Shown here in pieces: positions 1 through 12,600 of a stretch of 64,000 nt of DNA. The translations under genes were made by a program, and so were the position numbers. The stretch is from Pristiophorus japonicus (Eukaryota): contig NC_091987.1 of the NCBI RefSeq assembly GCF_044704955.1, forward strand, positions 68,820,001 to 68,884,000, written 5' to 3'. The notes under the pieces are model-generated. The model searched no databases. It was given only the letters and a program-made list of their open reading frames with translations, and was not told the origin of the DNA. The number at the start of each line of letters is the position of its first letter. Position 1 is the first letter of the stretch.

Positions 1-370
1 GCCACGCAGCGCTCCAGGAAACCCGTGCAACTCGTTTGCCGGCTTTTCAATGCAACAACCAAGCATGCACGATATTTTGAAGGGGCCGCGTGGTGCCAAA
101 AATAATGACAGGGAACATTGACGCTGACATCCTGAGAAGCTTGGGGAATCACTGGAAAAGATGTCCTATGGTCTTTCCATGTTTGTGTTCCTCTCACCTT
201 TTTCTCTCTTTTTCTGTCTTTGTCACCCTCGGCATTTTTCTCTGCGTTTCTCACTTCTGCGCTCTGCTCCATCTCTGCTTTTGGCCGCTGGATGCTGATT
301 TTGCTTCTCCATAGATGACCACTTTGGATTATTTCTCCACTATTGTCCAGCCAGGTGGACCTGACTTACA

Positions 371-2290
371 GGGGCCGAAATTGCCCTCTGCCCCAAACGG
401 GGTGCACCTACCGTTTTGTTTGTGGATTCACCGCTCCAATCGATGGGGCGATATTTCACGTGGTTTTGCCCTTTTTCCCATCCGCCAGTGTGTGGGCGGT
501 GGAGTGCGGCCATGTGGGGGTGGTGGAGTGTGGAGTGCGGCGTGTGGGGGCGGTGGAGTGCGGCGTGTGGGGGCGGTGGAGTGCGGCGTGTGGAGTGCGG
601 CGTGTGGGGGCGGTGGAGTGCGGCGTGTGGAGTGCGGCGTGTGGGGGCGGTGGAGTGCGGCGTGTGGGGGCGGTGGAGTGCGGCGTGTGGAGTGCGGCGT
701 GTGGGGGCGGTGGAGTGTGGCGTGTGGAGTGCGGCGTGTGGGTGCGGTGGAGTGTGGCGTGTGGGGGCGGTGGAGTGTGGCGTGTGGGGGCGGTGGAGTG
801 TGGAGTGCGGCGTGTGGGGGCGGTGGAGTGTGGAGTGCGGCGTGTGGGGGCGGTGGAGTGTGGAGTGCGGCGTGTGGGGGCGGTGGAGTGCGGCGTGTGG
901 GGGCGGTGGAGTGTGGCGTGTGGGGGCGGTGGAGTGTGGAGTGCGGCGTGTGGAGTGCGGCGTGTGGGGGCGGTGGAGTGCGGTGTGTGGAGTGCGGCGT
1001 GTGGGGGCGGTGGAGTGCGGCATGTGGGGGCGGTGGAGTGTGGAGTGCGGCGTGTGGAGTGCGGCGTGTGGGGGCGGTGGAGTGCGGTGTGTGGAGTGCG
1101 GCGTGTGGGGGCGGTGGAGTGCGGCATGTGGGGGCGGTGGAGTGCGGCGTGTGGGGGCGGTGGAGTGTGGAGTGCGGCGTGTGGGGGCGGTGGAGTGCGG
1201 CGTGTGGGGGCGGTGGAGTGCGGTGTGTGGAGTGCGGCGTGTGGGGGCGGTGGAGTGCGGCATGTGGGGGCGGTGGAGTGCGGCGTGTGGGGGCGGTGGA
1301 GTGCGGCATGTGGGGGCGGTGGAGTGTGGAGTGCGGCGTGTGGGGGCGGTGGAGTGCGGCATGTGGGGGCGGTGGAGTGCGGCGTGTGGGGGCGGTGGAG
1401 TGTGGAGTGCGGCGTGTGGGGGCGGTGGAGTGCGGCATGTGGGGGCGGTGGAGTGTGGAGTGCGGCGTGTGGGGGCGGTGGAGTGCGGCGTGTGGGGGCG
1501 GTGGAGTGCGGCGTGTGGGGGCGGTGGAGTGCGGCGTGTGGGGGCGGTGGAGTGTGGAGTGCGGCGTGTGGGGGCGGTGGAGTGCGGCATGTGGGGGCGG
1601 TGGAGTGTGGAGTGCGGCGTGTGGAGTGCGGCGTGTGGGGGCGGTGGAGTGCGGCGTGTGGGGGCGGTGGAGTGTGGAGTGCGGCGTGTGGAGTGCGGCG
1701 TGTGGGGGCGGTGGAGTGCGGCATGTGGGGGCGGTGGAGTGCGGCGTGTGGGGGCGGTGGAGTGCGGCGTGTGGGGGCGGTGGAGTGTGGAGTGCGGCGT
1801 GTGGAGTGCGGCGTGTGGGGGCGGTGGAGTGTGGAGTGCGGCGTGTGGGGGCGGTGGAGTGTGGCGTGTGGGGGCGGTGGAGTGCAGCTGAACCCATGGC
1901 TGCCATTGTCGGAGTTGGCCGACAATGAAAGTAAAATGGCGGCCGCGGCGGTGTGCCCTCCCATTTTATGGGCGGACGCGCCGCCTTGCCGCAAGAAACT
2001 TCCCGCCGGGGAAAGCTGTCGGGGACACCAAGCGATGGCTGATCTTCTCCCGTGGGGCAATTTCCCGCGCGAGGCGGAAAAGGGGTCACCACCGGTCGCT
2101 AAGGGGTCGGCGCATGCCCGACTGGCGGGAAGATGGGCGGGGCTGTCCCGTACACCACTCCAAAAATAAAGGTGGACAATTTACAAAATGGCGGCCCCTC
2201 CGCGCCGACTGAGCGATGAGTGCTTTCCGCACCGTTGCCGCCTCTTTGAGGCAGTAACGACTCTTTAAATAAAGGGGCAATTTCGGCCCC
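371..2290. mobile_element. Non-autonomous PIF/Harbinger-type DNA transposon carrying an internal minisatellite
   Basis: 16-bp terminal inverted repeats GGGGCCGAAATTGCCC (371-386) / GGGCAATTTCGGCCCC (2275-2290); 3-bp target-site duplication ACA (368-370, 2291-2293); no transposase. Confidence 0.8.
495..1887. repeat. G-rich modular minisatellite, base unit 23 bp (GTGGAGT-GCGGCGT-GTGGGGGCG)
   Basis: Directly visible tandem array with 7/7/9-bp modules that are variably duplicated or dropped; explains the spurious long ORFs in all six frames. Confidence 0.97.
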
Positions 2291-3454
2291 ACAATGCCCA
2301 AGCTCAAACCACTGGTCAGCCAGTCCCTGGGTTCAGACCTTCATCTAGCCGGCCTCCGCTCACATCCTCCAGGAAGACCCTGGACTCTGATCTCCAGTCA
2401 ACTAGCTAATCTCTAGGCCCCAGGCCTCCCCAACCACCACCAGGCCCTGGATATTCCTAGACTGCCATCAAGCTTTGGACTTAATTTAACCTTCTTGAAG
2501 ATTAAAACCTACAACCACCACCAGCTCTGAATTGTCTCCCTTCCCTGTCTGAAGCTCCTGAACTCTTTTGATCACTAGCAAACCTTGGACTCTGTTGGGT
2601 ACCCATGACAAACTCTACCACATGTAATCACATCTACATCACCAAAGTTGAATATGTAACTCACAGCCACATCTCTGTGTCTACTGCCTGGATATTTTGA
2701 CTGCTGTCAGCTCATTTGTTTTTCTTATTGACAATCTTTCACTTCTGATCTGACCCTCCAACCTCCTCTTGGCTATTGCAAGACCTTTTTGGTCATGCCT
2801 TCAGTCTCCTAATCATTCACCTCCCACTGCTTGGTGTTCTTTATGCCTCTGTGAAGCAGTATTGGATATTTTATAAGGTACTGCAAAATGCAAGTTAATG
2901 TTGAACCTTATTCTTCCCATTTCTCTGTTAATCTCTTCCTGTATCTCTTATTCTCCCCATTTATCTCTCTTAATCTAGTGCCGTATCTATTACTCTCTCC
3001 ATTTATCTCTGTTAATCTATTCCTGTGTCTTTGTTACTCTTACTCCACTTCTTGTTTTGTTTTCTCTCTTTGTTAATGCCTTTCTGGGAACAGTGAAAGG
3101 CAGCAGGAGGCAGTGGGCAGGGAATGGCCAGAGGTGGCACTGAGCAGAAAGCAGCAAGAGAGAACAAATGGGCGGATGTAGAGTGCCAACAGGTGAAAGT
3201 GCAGTGCAGAGAGGGATTGAGTCAGGGAGATGTGCAGGACGTTGGTCTGCTATGTTTGGGGGATTGGGCAACAGCTGAGCGAATGGAAAGTGCAGTGGAT
3301 GGATAAGTTTGTGATTTTCCTTATAAATGATTTTTTAATGTGTTAATTATGTAATAACGTTTATTTTAAGGGTATAGAGTGGGATGGGTGAGGGACTGAC
3401 TTGCTATACACCACAGAAATTATTTTTTGATAGAATGTGATTGGACATTTTTGT

Positions 3455-3565
3455 GACTCTTAACTGCCCTCTGAAATGGCAAGCCACTCAGTTAAGGGCA
3501 ATTAGGGATGGGCAATAAATGCTGCCATCCCAGCGACACCCACATCGCCTGAATGAATAATTTAA
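3455..3565 (+). mobile_element. HE1 SINE / HER1 LINE-like 3' tail fragment
   Basis: ...aagggcaattagggatgggcaataaatgctg...cccacatcgcctgaatgaataa resembles the shared HE1/HER1 elasmobranch 3' end; a related sequence lies reverse-complemented at ~18300-18375. Confidence 0.55.
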
Positions 3566-3780
3566 AAAACAACGGTGTGGTCTGCTGACATCAGCGGCAC
3601 CTCAACTTAAATTTAATAGTAACTGAGGGGGAGAGCTGACCTGTGGGATTCCCAGCAGCTGATCGGAGGTTCCCATTTGCCAGCCTCTCCCCCAACCCTC
3701 CCAATCACCATCCCTCCCTATCACCAACCCTCCCAATTCCCATCCCTTCCTATCACCAGCACTCCCGATCCCCATCCTCC

Positions 3781-4928
3781 CTATCATCATCATAGGCACT
3801 CCCTCAGAATCGAGGAAGACTTGCTTCCACTCTTAAAATGAGTCCTTAGGTGACTGAACAGTCCAATATGAGAACCACAGTCCCTGTCACAGGTGGGACA
3901 GACAGTCGTTGAGGGAAAGGGTGGGTGGTGCAGATTTGCCGCATGCTCTTTCTGCTGCCTGCACTTGATTTCTGCATGCTCTCGACGATGACACTCAAGG
4001 TGCTCAGCGCCCTCCCGGATGCACTTCCCCCAATTTAGGGTGGTCTTTGGCCAAGACTCCCAGGTGTCAATGGGGATGTCGCACTTTATCAGGGAAGCTT
4101 TGAGGGTGTCCTTGTAACGTTTCCTCTGCCCATCTTTGGCTCGTTTGCCGTGAAGGAGTTCCGAGTAGAGCGCTTGCTTTGGGAGTCTTGTGTCTGACAT
4201 GCGGACAATGTGGCCTGCCCAGCGGAGCTGATCAAGTGTGGTCAGTGCTTCGATGCTGGGGATGTTGGCCTGGTCGAGGACGCTAATGTTGGTGCGTCTG
4301 TTCTCCCAGGGGATTTGTAGGATCTTGCGGAGACATCGTTGGTGGTATTTCTCCAGTGACTTGAGGTGTCTACTGTACATGGTCCATGTCTCTGAGCCAT
4401 ACAGGAGGGCAGGTATTACTACAGCCCTGTAGACCATGAGCTTGGTGGTAGATTTGAGGGCTTGGTCTTCGAACACTCTTTTCCTCAGGTGGCCGAAGGC
4501 TGCACTGGCGCACTGGAGGTGGTGTTGAATCCATGCTCCACCTCACAGTCAACAAGCTCCCCACTGGAGTGGAACTAAACTACAGAACCCGTGGGAAGCT
4601 GTTCAACCTTCCCCGTCTCCAGGCCAGGTCCAAGACCACCCCAACCTCTGTCGTCGAGCTACAGTACGCGGACGACGCCTGCATCTGCACACATACAGAG
4701 GCTGAACTTCAGGACATAGTTGACATATTTACTGAGGCGTACGAAAGCATGGGCCTTATGCTAAACACAGGTCCTCAACCAGCCTGTCCTCACCACACAG
4801 CACTGCCCCCCAGTCATCAAGATCTATGGCGCAGCCCTGGACAACGTGGACCATTTTCCGTACCTCGGGAGCCTCTTATCAACAAGAGCAGACATTGATG
4901 AGGAGATTCAACACCGTCTCCAGTGTGC
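3781..4928 (-). mobile_element. RTE-clade LINE, 5'-truncated with an inverted 5' segment
   Basis: Minus ORF 3790-4476 (LLYGSETW, QLRWAGHIVRM..RLPK, C-terminal CPTC..H..H) with a (TGA)n-type tail; plus-strand 4531-4928 encodes the immediately upstream RT part (LQYADD). Confidence 0.88.
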
Positions 4929-5199
4929 CCTCCCTATCACCAGCCCTCCCCATCCCCATCCCTCCTTATTACCAGCCTGCCTTCAGTCCTCCTGAATACC
5001 AGCCTCCCCCATCCCAGCCTATTGCCAGCCTTCCCCCAGCCCCCTCCTGATCGCCAGTCTCCCCTCCCACCCCACCCCCAGCATTCCAGCCCTCCCAATC
5101 TCCATCCCTCCCTATCATCAATCTGCCCCATCCCTTCCTATCCCCAGCTCTCCTGATCCCCATCTCTTCCTATTACTAACCCAGCTGATCCCAGGCCTC

Positions 5200-5605
5200 C
5201 TGTTCACCAGCCTCCCCCAAGCCCTCCCGATCCCCAGCCTTTCTCCAAGCTCTCCCGATCCCCAGCTCTCCCAATCATCAGCCTCCCTCCAGTTCTCCTG
5301 ATCCCTAGCTCCTCTCCTGATCCCCAGCTCTCCCGATCACCAGCCTCCCCCCACCCCCCCCCCAGCTCTCCCGATCCCCAGCTCTTCCGATCACCAGCCT
5401 CCCCCAGCTCTCCCGATCCCCAACTCTCCCGATCCCCAGCACTCCCGATGCCCAGCACTCCCCCCAGCTCTCCCGATCCCCAGCCTCCCCCCAGCTCTAC
5501 TAATCTCCAGCTCTCCCGATCCCCAGCTCTCCCGATCCCCAGCCCTCCTGATCCCCAGCTTTCCTGATCCCCAGCTCTCCCGATCACCAGCCTACCCCCA
5601 GCGCT
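5200..5605. repeat. Degenerate C-rich ~16-bp tandem repeat (CCCCAGCTCTCCCGAT)
   Basis: Visible tandem units; related degenerate units at 3680-3790 and 4929-5200 flank the RTE insertion. Confidence 0.85.
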
Positions 5606-5749
5606 CTCAATCGCAACAAGAATAAGGTAATTTTCTTTGGATTCTGTAATTAGAAAATTATCCATTCATTAGCATTGGATTACACATTAAGGAATCATAT
5701 AATATATATTTAGCCTCTCCATCACAAAGTCTTAACTAATTTCACTTGT

Positions 5750-6262
5750 AACCACCACCACCACCACTTCTACCTCAGCTCATCTGTTGCTGAAACCCAC
5801 GTCCATGCCTTTGTCACCTTCATACTTGACTATTCCAGTGCTCTCCTAGCCAGCATCTATTTCTCCAACCTCAGTAAACTTCAGCCAATGCAAAATTATG
5901 CTGCCCATATTCTATCCCACACCAAGTCCCGCTCATCCCTCACCCTGTTCTCCCTTTCCTACATTGACTCCCAGTCTTCCAATGCTTCAAATTTAAAATT
6001 CTCATTCTTGTGTTTAAATTTCTTCATGGCCATATCCCTCCATATCTCTGTAACCTCCTCCCGCTTTAAAACTCCGCCCCCTGCTCCACACTATTGGCAG
6101 CCCTCCCTTCAACCACTTGGGTTCCATGCTCTGGAATTCCCTCCCCAAACCCCTCTGCCCTTCGACCTCTCTCTCCCTCTAAGATATTCCTTAAAACCCA
6201 CCGCATTGATTAAGGTTTTGGTCACCCCTTATAATATCTCCTTCTCTGGCTCAGTGTTTATG
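5750..6262 (+). mobile_element. L2 LINE 3' fragment
   Basis: Translates to HAFVT..LDYSSALLA..QNYAAHILSHTK, the typical L2 RT C-terminus; degenerate. Confidence 0.7.
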
Positions 6263-6550
6263 TTTAACTTTAACTTCGAAGTGATTATCTGCGTGAACAT
6301 TTTTGTGCCCTTCTGCACATGTGTACAGTGGACTCCATCCTTTTTAGCGCTTGTGCGCTCGATTCGGTCGAGTGTGCACAGTACGATATATGAGGAAGCC
6401 GGAAGTGGGGCTGGACCACGTTGCGGAGCCTGCTACTGAGGCTTTTGGGTTATCTTTTGAAAATCAATGCCTATACTAAAGGAGCCTCCAAGACTTTTGC
6501 CCAGAATATTGCTGTGATTATTTACTCAAACATTTTCGCAGCCTTCTGAG

Positions 6551-6782
6551 NNNNNNNNNNNNNNNNNNNNNNNNNNNNNNNNNNNNNNNNNNNNNNNNNN
6601 NNNNNNNNNNNNNNNNNNNNNNNNNNNNNNNNNNNNNNNNNNNNNNNNNNNNNNNNNNNNNNNNNNNNNNNNNNNNNNNNNNNNNNNNNNNNNNNNNNNN
6701 NNNNNNNNNNNNNNNNNNNNNNNNNNNNNNNNNNNNNNNNNNNNNNNNNNNNNNNNNNNNNNNNNNNNNNNNNNNNNNNNNN
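6551..6782. other. Assembly gap (232 N)
   Basis: Run of N immediately preceding a purine-rich repeat. Confidence 1.
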
Positions 6783-7840
6783 GAGAGGGAGTGGGGCAGA
6801 GAGAGAGAGAGGGAGTGGGGCAGAGAGAGAGAGAGGGAGTGGGGCAGAGAGAGAGAGGGAGTGGGGTAGAGAGAGAGAGGGAGTGGGGTAGAGAGAGAGA
6901 GAGAGGGAGTGGGGCAGAGAGAGAGAGTGGGGCAGAGAGAGAGGGAGTGGGGCAGAGAGAGAGAGAGAGGGAGTGGGGCAGAGAGAGAGAGAGGGAGTGG
7001 GGCAGAGAGAGAGAGGGGGAGTGGGGCAGAGAGAGAGAGAGGGGGAGTGGGGCAGAGAGAGAGAGGGGGAGTGGGGCAGAGAGAGAGAGGGAGGGAGTGG
7101 GGCAGAGAGAGGGGGAGAAGGGCAGAGAGAGAAAGAGGGAGTGGGGCAGAGAGAGAGAGAGAGGGAGTGGGGCAGAGAGAGAGAGAGAGGGAGTGGGGCA
7201 GAGAGAGAGAGGGAGGGAGGGAGTGAGGCAGAGAGAGAGAAAGGGAGTGGGGCAGAGAGAGAGAGAGGGAGTGGGGCAGAGAGAGAGAGGGGGAGTGGGG
7301 CAGAGAGAGAGAGGGAGGGAGTGGGGCAGAGAGAGAGAAAGGGAGTGGGGCAGAGAGAGAGAGGGGGAGTGGGGCAGAGAGAGAGAGGGGGAGTGGGGCA
7401 GAGAGAGAGAGAGAGGGAGTGGGGCAGAGAGAGAGAGGGGGAGTGGGGCAGAGAGAGAGGGAGGGAGTGGGGCAGAGAGAGAGAGGGAGGGAGTGGGGCA
7501 GAGAGAGGGGGAGAAGGGCAGAGAGAGAAAGAGGGAGTGGGGCAGAGAGAGAGAGAGAGGGAGTGGGGCAGAGAGAGAGAGAGAGGGAGTGGGGCAGAGA
7601 GAGAGAGAGAGGGAGGGAGGGAGTGGGGCAGAGAGAGAGAAAGGGAGTGGGGCAGAGAGAGAGAGAGGGAGTGGGGCAGAGAGAGAGAGAGGGAGTGGGG
7701 CAGAGAGAGAGAGAGGGAGTGGGGCAGAGAGAGAGGGAGTGGGGCAGAGAGAGAGAGAGAGAGGGAGTGGGGCAGAGAGAGAGAGCGGGAGTGGGGCAGC
7801 GAGAGGGAGTGGGGCAGAGAGAGAGAGAGAGAGAGAGGGG
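6783..7840. repeat. Compound purine-rich repeat GGGAGTGGGGCA(GA)n
   Basis: Fixed 12-bp core alternating with variable-length GA microsatellite. Confidence 0.97.
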
Positions 7841-8590
7841 ATGGAATCAGGGAGAGAGAGGAGAGGGGAGAGGTCAGGAACTTGGAGACGGGGTCAGGAA
7901 CTCTTTTAGCGGGAGGGGAGTAAAAAACACGGAGAGCACAGTGGGGATGGGGGAAGAACGTGATCCAGGTCTAAAAGGGGCGGTTAAGAGCGAGAACATG
8001 ATCCAGATGGTAAGACACATCACATTCTTCCAACCCCACACCCTCTATACCCGCACCACGTTCTCCATCTCCTCCCCCTACACCTGGTTGTCGGTGTGTG
8101 TGTGACAAATGACATAATTGGATTGGATGTAATCCGGAAATCACGACACTGTCATTATTCACTTCATAGCCAATAAACCTGTTAACAATCCGTACACAAT
8201 GCCCCATCTATGGCTGGGTAGGGGAAGGTCAGGAACTTGTTGGGGAGAGAAGGTCATGAATCCATGGGGAAGGAACTTGAGTAGAGGGAGAAGGTCAAGA
8301 ACTTTGGGGGGAAGGGGGGGGGGGGAGAAGTTCAGGAACTTGGGATGGAAGGGAGGAGGTCAGGAACTTGGGCGAGGGGAGAATGTCAGAGACTTGGGGT
8401 GGGGGAAGAGTTCAGGACCTTGGGCATTGCGGGGGGATGGGGGCAGGAACTTGTTTGGGGGGTGGGAGAAGGTCTTAACCCAAGAGAGTGAGCCTTGTCT
8501 GTTCCAAGTGAGCTCTGTTCTGTCTAGAGTTGAGCAATCAGGACTTATCATCAAGGGGACCCAATCAGAGCTGAAAGGTGTTTCAAGTTA

Positions 8591-8692
8591 ACATAGAAAC
8601 ATAGAAAATAGGTGCAGGAGCAGGCCATTCAGCCCTTCTAGCCTGCACCGCCATTCAATGAGTTCATGGCTGAACATGAAACTTCAGTACCC
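8591..8692 (-). mobile_element. CR1 LINE 3' end fragment
   Basis: (CATAGAAA)n reverse-complement tail followed by ataggtgcaggag..ggccattc, as in other CR1 copies here. Confidence 0.8.
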
Positions 8693-9411
8693 CATCCATT
8701 TATCCATTTATCTTCTTATGCTTCTGTGAAGCGCCTTATAACATTTTCTATGTTAAATGCACTAAATACATACCTGTTGATGTTGCATTATAGATATGGA
8801 AAATGTGTAGCAGCTTACATTTATATCATGCCTTTGATGCAGAAAAACATATTGTTGGTGGCCTTTAAACTACAATAACATGATTTCAGCCAGCAAAAAG
8901 AAACTTCACGCAATTCTACTTTGAAATTTGGCCAAATATCTCAAAAAATATAACTTCTACCCTTTTTAAATATCAGTTGTCTGTGAAATCAATCTCCTAA
9001 TCCTGGAGGAAACCCTAATTAAAAAGAAGAAAATACTCACAAACCATAATTTTAATTATAATATATTTGGCAATTGTCTGTATTCCATAAGATCAAGTGC
9101 AAATGTCATTCAGGAACTATTTACTGATTTCAGGATAACATTACCACCATCTTCATTTCCCTATCAGAGCATAAGTAATAGCAACAGATTTCATCTACCG
9201 AATAATCCAGGTGTCCTGGATGAAAAAAGTCTTGTGACACCAGGATGCTGTTGCCAAGGTACCTCCTTTAGTGAGGAGGGTAGGCTGCTCTGGGCACAGG
9301 ACAATGGTTCACTACTCAGTGACGTGGTTTGAAGGAAAAAGATGAGCCAGTCTAACGGGGGTGACATAAATGAAAGTGAGTTTCTGACCTTTGATTATTT
9401 CTTTCCTACAG

Positions 9412-9662
9412 GTTCTTCTCTTCAGGAAGCGATTTGTTCAAATGATGCCCTATTCTACTTTATATTTTTCTACCCTTTTCCGATTTTTGGAGTCCTCCTT
9501 ATTGCCATTTTACTAACACGTTATAAGACCCTTAACTCGCAGAAGAAATCTGATGGTAAAAATGGCGTTCCATTACTCTGGATCAAAGAACCAGCGGTGA
9601 CTTATTCTCCAACAAGCCTTGAGCCACCGGATTTCAGAATAGGACCAGGAAGCCTTGCTTAA
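9412..9662 (+). CDS. IGSF3: IGSF3 terminal coding exon (stalk, transmembrane helix, cytoplasmic tail)
   Basis: Acceptor tttctttcctacag, phase 1. Encodes SSLQEAICSNDALFYFIFFYPFPIFGVLLIAILLTRYK..KSDGKNGVPLLWIKEP..YSPTSLEPP*, closely matching the mammalian IGSF3 C-terminus as I recall it (ICSNDALFYFVFFYPFPIFG..DGKNGVPLLWIKEP). Stop TAA at 9660-9662. Confidence 0.93.
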
Positions 9663-12600
9663 CAGAGGAAGGGGGGAAATTATTTTGGAGAAAATATAAC
9701 TGACATTCAACTGAAGGGGTCAAAGTTATAATGAATTAAGGATGAATATTAACCCCCAAAAATCCAAGTTTGGAAGTAATATTCTCCACCTCTTATATTA
9801 AGAATGTACATTGAGGGTTATGGCATTGAAATATGGGGTAGAGTGTGTGCATTTATTCCAAGTTGTTTGGCTCAATTGACCTCCTCCCCATTACCCCCAA
9901 CACAATTACTTGATATAGTTGGAATGTTTAATTTTACACTAATGTAGATAAATAGTCTTCTGCCAACTGTTTTCACTGCATGAGAGTTCTGCTTGTCACA
10001 TTAGTCCGCTATGTGTAATAGTCTGATCTCATTAAAATGCCAGATGATCTCCCGAATGTTAAGACTATTGTCACTCCTGATGTACAGAACTGTAGCAAAT
10101 GCAGTACCGTGGAGGGAAAATATTGAACTGTAATGATGTAAAATGGAAGTGCTTTTTTTTTCCTGAAGCTTCATGACACTTGATTGCCCCAATGCTTGGT
10201 TAAACAAATATACAAAGAGTCAACACTAAATCGAAGGGACGTCATGACTGGAGGGATGAACATACACCCAGACCTTCTATTCAATCACAGCACTGCTTAG
10301 AATATATGAACAACAGAAACAATAAAAGGGGAGTGGGAAGATCATGGAAGCCGAGGAGAAGCTGTAGCACCGAAGGCTCAGACGTTGTCAAGCAAATTCA
10401 GTGTTTGACAAGTTTCAAATGACTATGCCAAGTGCAATAGAAAAGCCACGATCATCATCAATCCTATGACTGCATTGTGACAGAATTACATGAAGACGAT
10501 GTTTCCTGAATACAGGATGTGGGACAATGAAATTCCATCCCTTCTAGTGACTATAGTGAAGGATCAAGCAGATTATAAGCAAGTATAGCCAAGGTTTCTC
10601 ATTTTATGAATTTTTTGATACAGAAATCTGATTAAGCTGCAACTCTGTAGAATGGAAAAGTAGTCATGCAGCTGGATACGTTTTTTTTAATACATTGGTT
10701 TTGCACTTTTTGAAATAACTTTTTATTCTGTGTTTGAACAAAAATCACTATAATTGCCTATTTTGTTTTGATAGTGTTCTTTAAAAGAGTGTCATTTAGT
10801 CAAAGGAAATGGATACAAGCCTGAACCAATCCAGTGCCCAAACAGGTTCAATGTGCTAACAGAATCCTGGGCTTTGCTACAAGCCTGTTCAGCCTAAATC
10901 ACATTGTCTCAGCTTAAATATCTTTGAGAATTTTCAAACATTCATTCATATTCTGTTCGAAAACAAATCCATTTGTATTTACTAAACCACTCTTAAAATC
11001 TTAATTATCTAATGTATGAAGTACACAGTTAAGATATGATGTAGGTGGGATTGAATTATCCATGACATTTTTTAGGGGTTTTGCACTGAAGCAAAAATGA
11101 CTATTTCATTGGACCATACTCTCAAAAATCACAATAAATTCCACAGGATGAGGAAAAAAATCACTGATATTTGTGTGGGAAAAGAGAAGTGGCCTTGGAA
11201 AGGGGAAAGTCAGAAGTGCAAGTGGTCTTGTCGAGACAGCATCACTATCATGGGGACAGAGCAGTATGTAAGATGGTAAGTAGGAAGATTCTACAGTCGG
11301 AAACTTTTTATCCCAACACTGACTGGCTAACCAAACTGGCTGGATCTCCCCGCATAGGCTGGTTTATTAGTTTTCATGTTGAATTAATATTATTTCATGC
11401 AGCACAAGATTTGAATTGATAGGTGATTAGTTACCCAAGTATTTGATCTAACAGGGATGTTCTCCGAGCTGTTCACATAAATCCCACTGCACAACCTGAT
11501 CAGAATAGAATCAACTATTTTCTTAATAAAGATGCTCTCATCCAGAAAATGCTCCTGTACTACCACGTACAATGCATGTATAATGAACCCTGCACCAACA
11601 ACACAGGTCTCATAGACATAGGTCCATTGTAAGCTACTGCATCCTTGATCTAGCAGTTCTAACTTTCACACTATTGTTACAGTTCCAGGCTGCAAGAACA
11701 CAGCAGCTTCAGGTTCTGGTAAGATTCTGATAATACCTTTATCTTCCGATCAGAAATGTTACATTTAAAGATGGCCAATGATGGCTTCAGGCAGTATTTT
11801 GTTGCATTTACTGTCTTTTTGCAGTATTTTAAAAGCACAGGAGAGTCATAATAACAGCTTTGGGTAATGATCTGGTCTGGGATTCCTTTGAAATGTGCAT
11901 TTAGACTTTGTTTACATGTCGGAGTTTTTGCATGAGGTGGCACAGTATATCAGTCTGAATTCAGTCACAGGATTCATCATCAGACTATGTATTTAGCCCA
12001 AGGATCCTTCATGTGAGTGTGTGACCAGTGGAACACAATGTCCTCATTAGCCAGAGCAGCAATGGGAGAATGGGCTTCTGACTTCACTGTATATTCATAT
12101 AGTATATCTGTGTACATCCATCAGTGGAGAACGTAAATTAGCTGTGGGCTCAAAGCTAAGGTCAGTTGATGACTTTGTGCCACTTGGACTCTACTGCGTA
12201 GCCCTACACATACTGTATGCTTTACCATTACCAAATGAAGTGACCAATTTAAATCCAAAGCCTGCAGGACGATTGGTTCGATTATGTTATTCCCTCACAA
12301 CTTCAGAGAGTTGTTGTACCCTAACCTCTGCACCATGCATCCTCGTCTTCATAATTAGATCAACATTTATCAAAAATCTTTGATTTTCGTCTCATAAAAC
12401 TCCCCTAAGCAGTTACTGCCTCTGAATTTGTTGTTTCTGGTGCTGGACCAGCTAGACAGCTTTGATGAATCATTTCATTGAGCTTGAACATCTTGTACAT
12501 TTATGTTGGCGAGTACGGCACTGACTTGGGTAACTATTAATCATTCAAAAAGGGGTAAAGAAGAAAACTTGGGTTACAGTGTGCAGCAAAGATGCATTTT

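Noticed and set aside
315-2169. 400-600 aa ORFs in all six frames
   Set aside because: Artefact of a stop-free minisatellite inside a MITE; low-complexity translations.
6290-6480. ETS motif (CCGGAAGT) as a host promoter
   Set aside because: The same motif occurs in the equivalent position of the repeat element at ~29484; no CpG island or exon support.
6791-8105. Long Arg/Glu/Gly-rich ORFs
   Set aside because: Translation of the GGGAGTGGGGCA(GA)n repeat.
7971-8207. Conserved core as a small coding sequence (MGHCVRIVNRFIG..)
   Set aside because: Differences from the 29.8 kb copy are mostly non-synonymous in the open frame; no coding signature.
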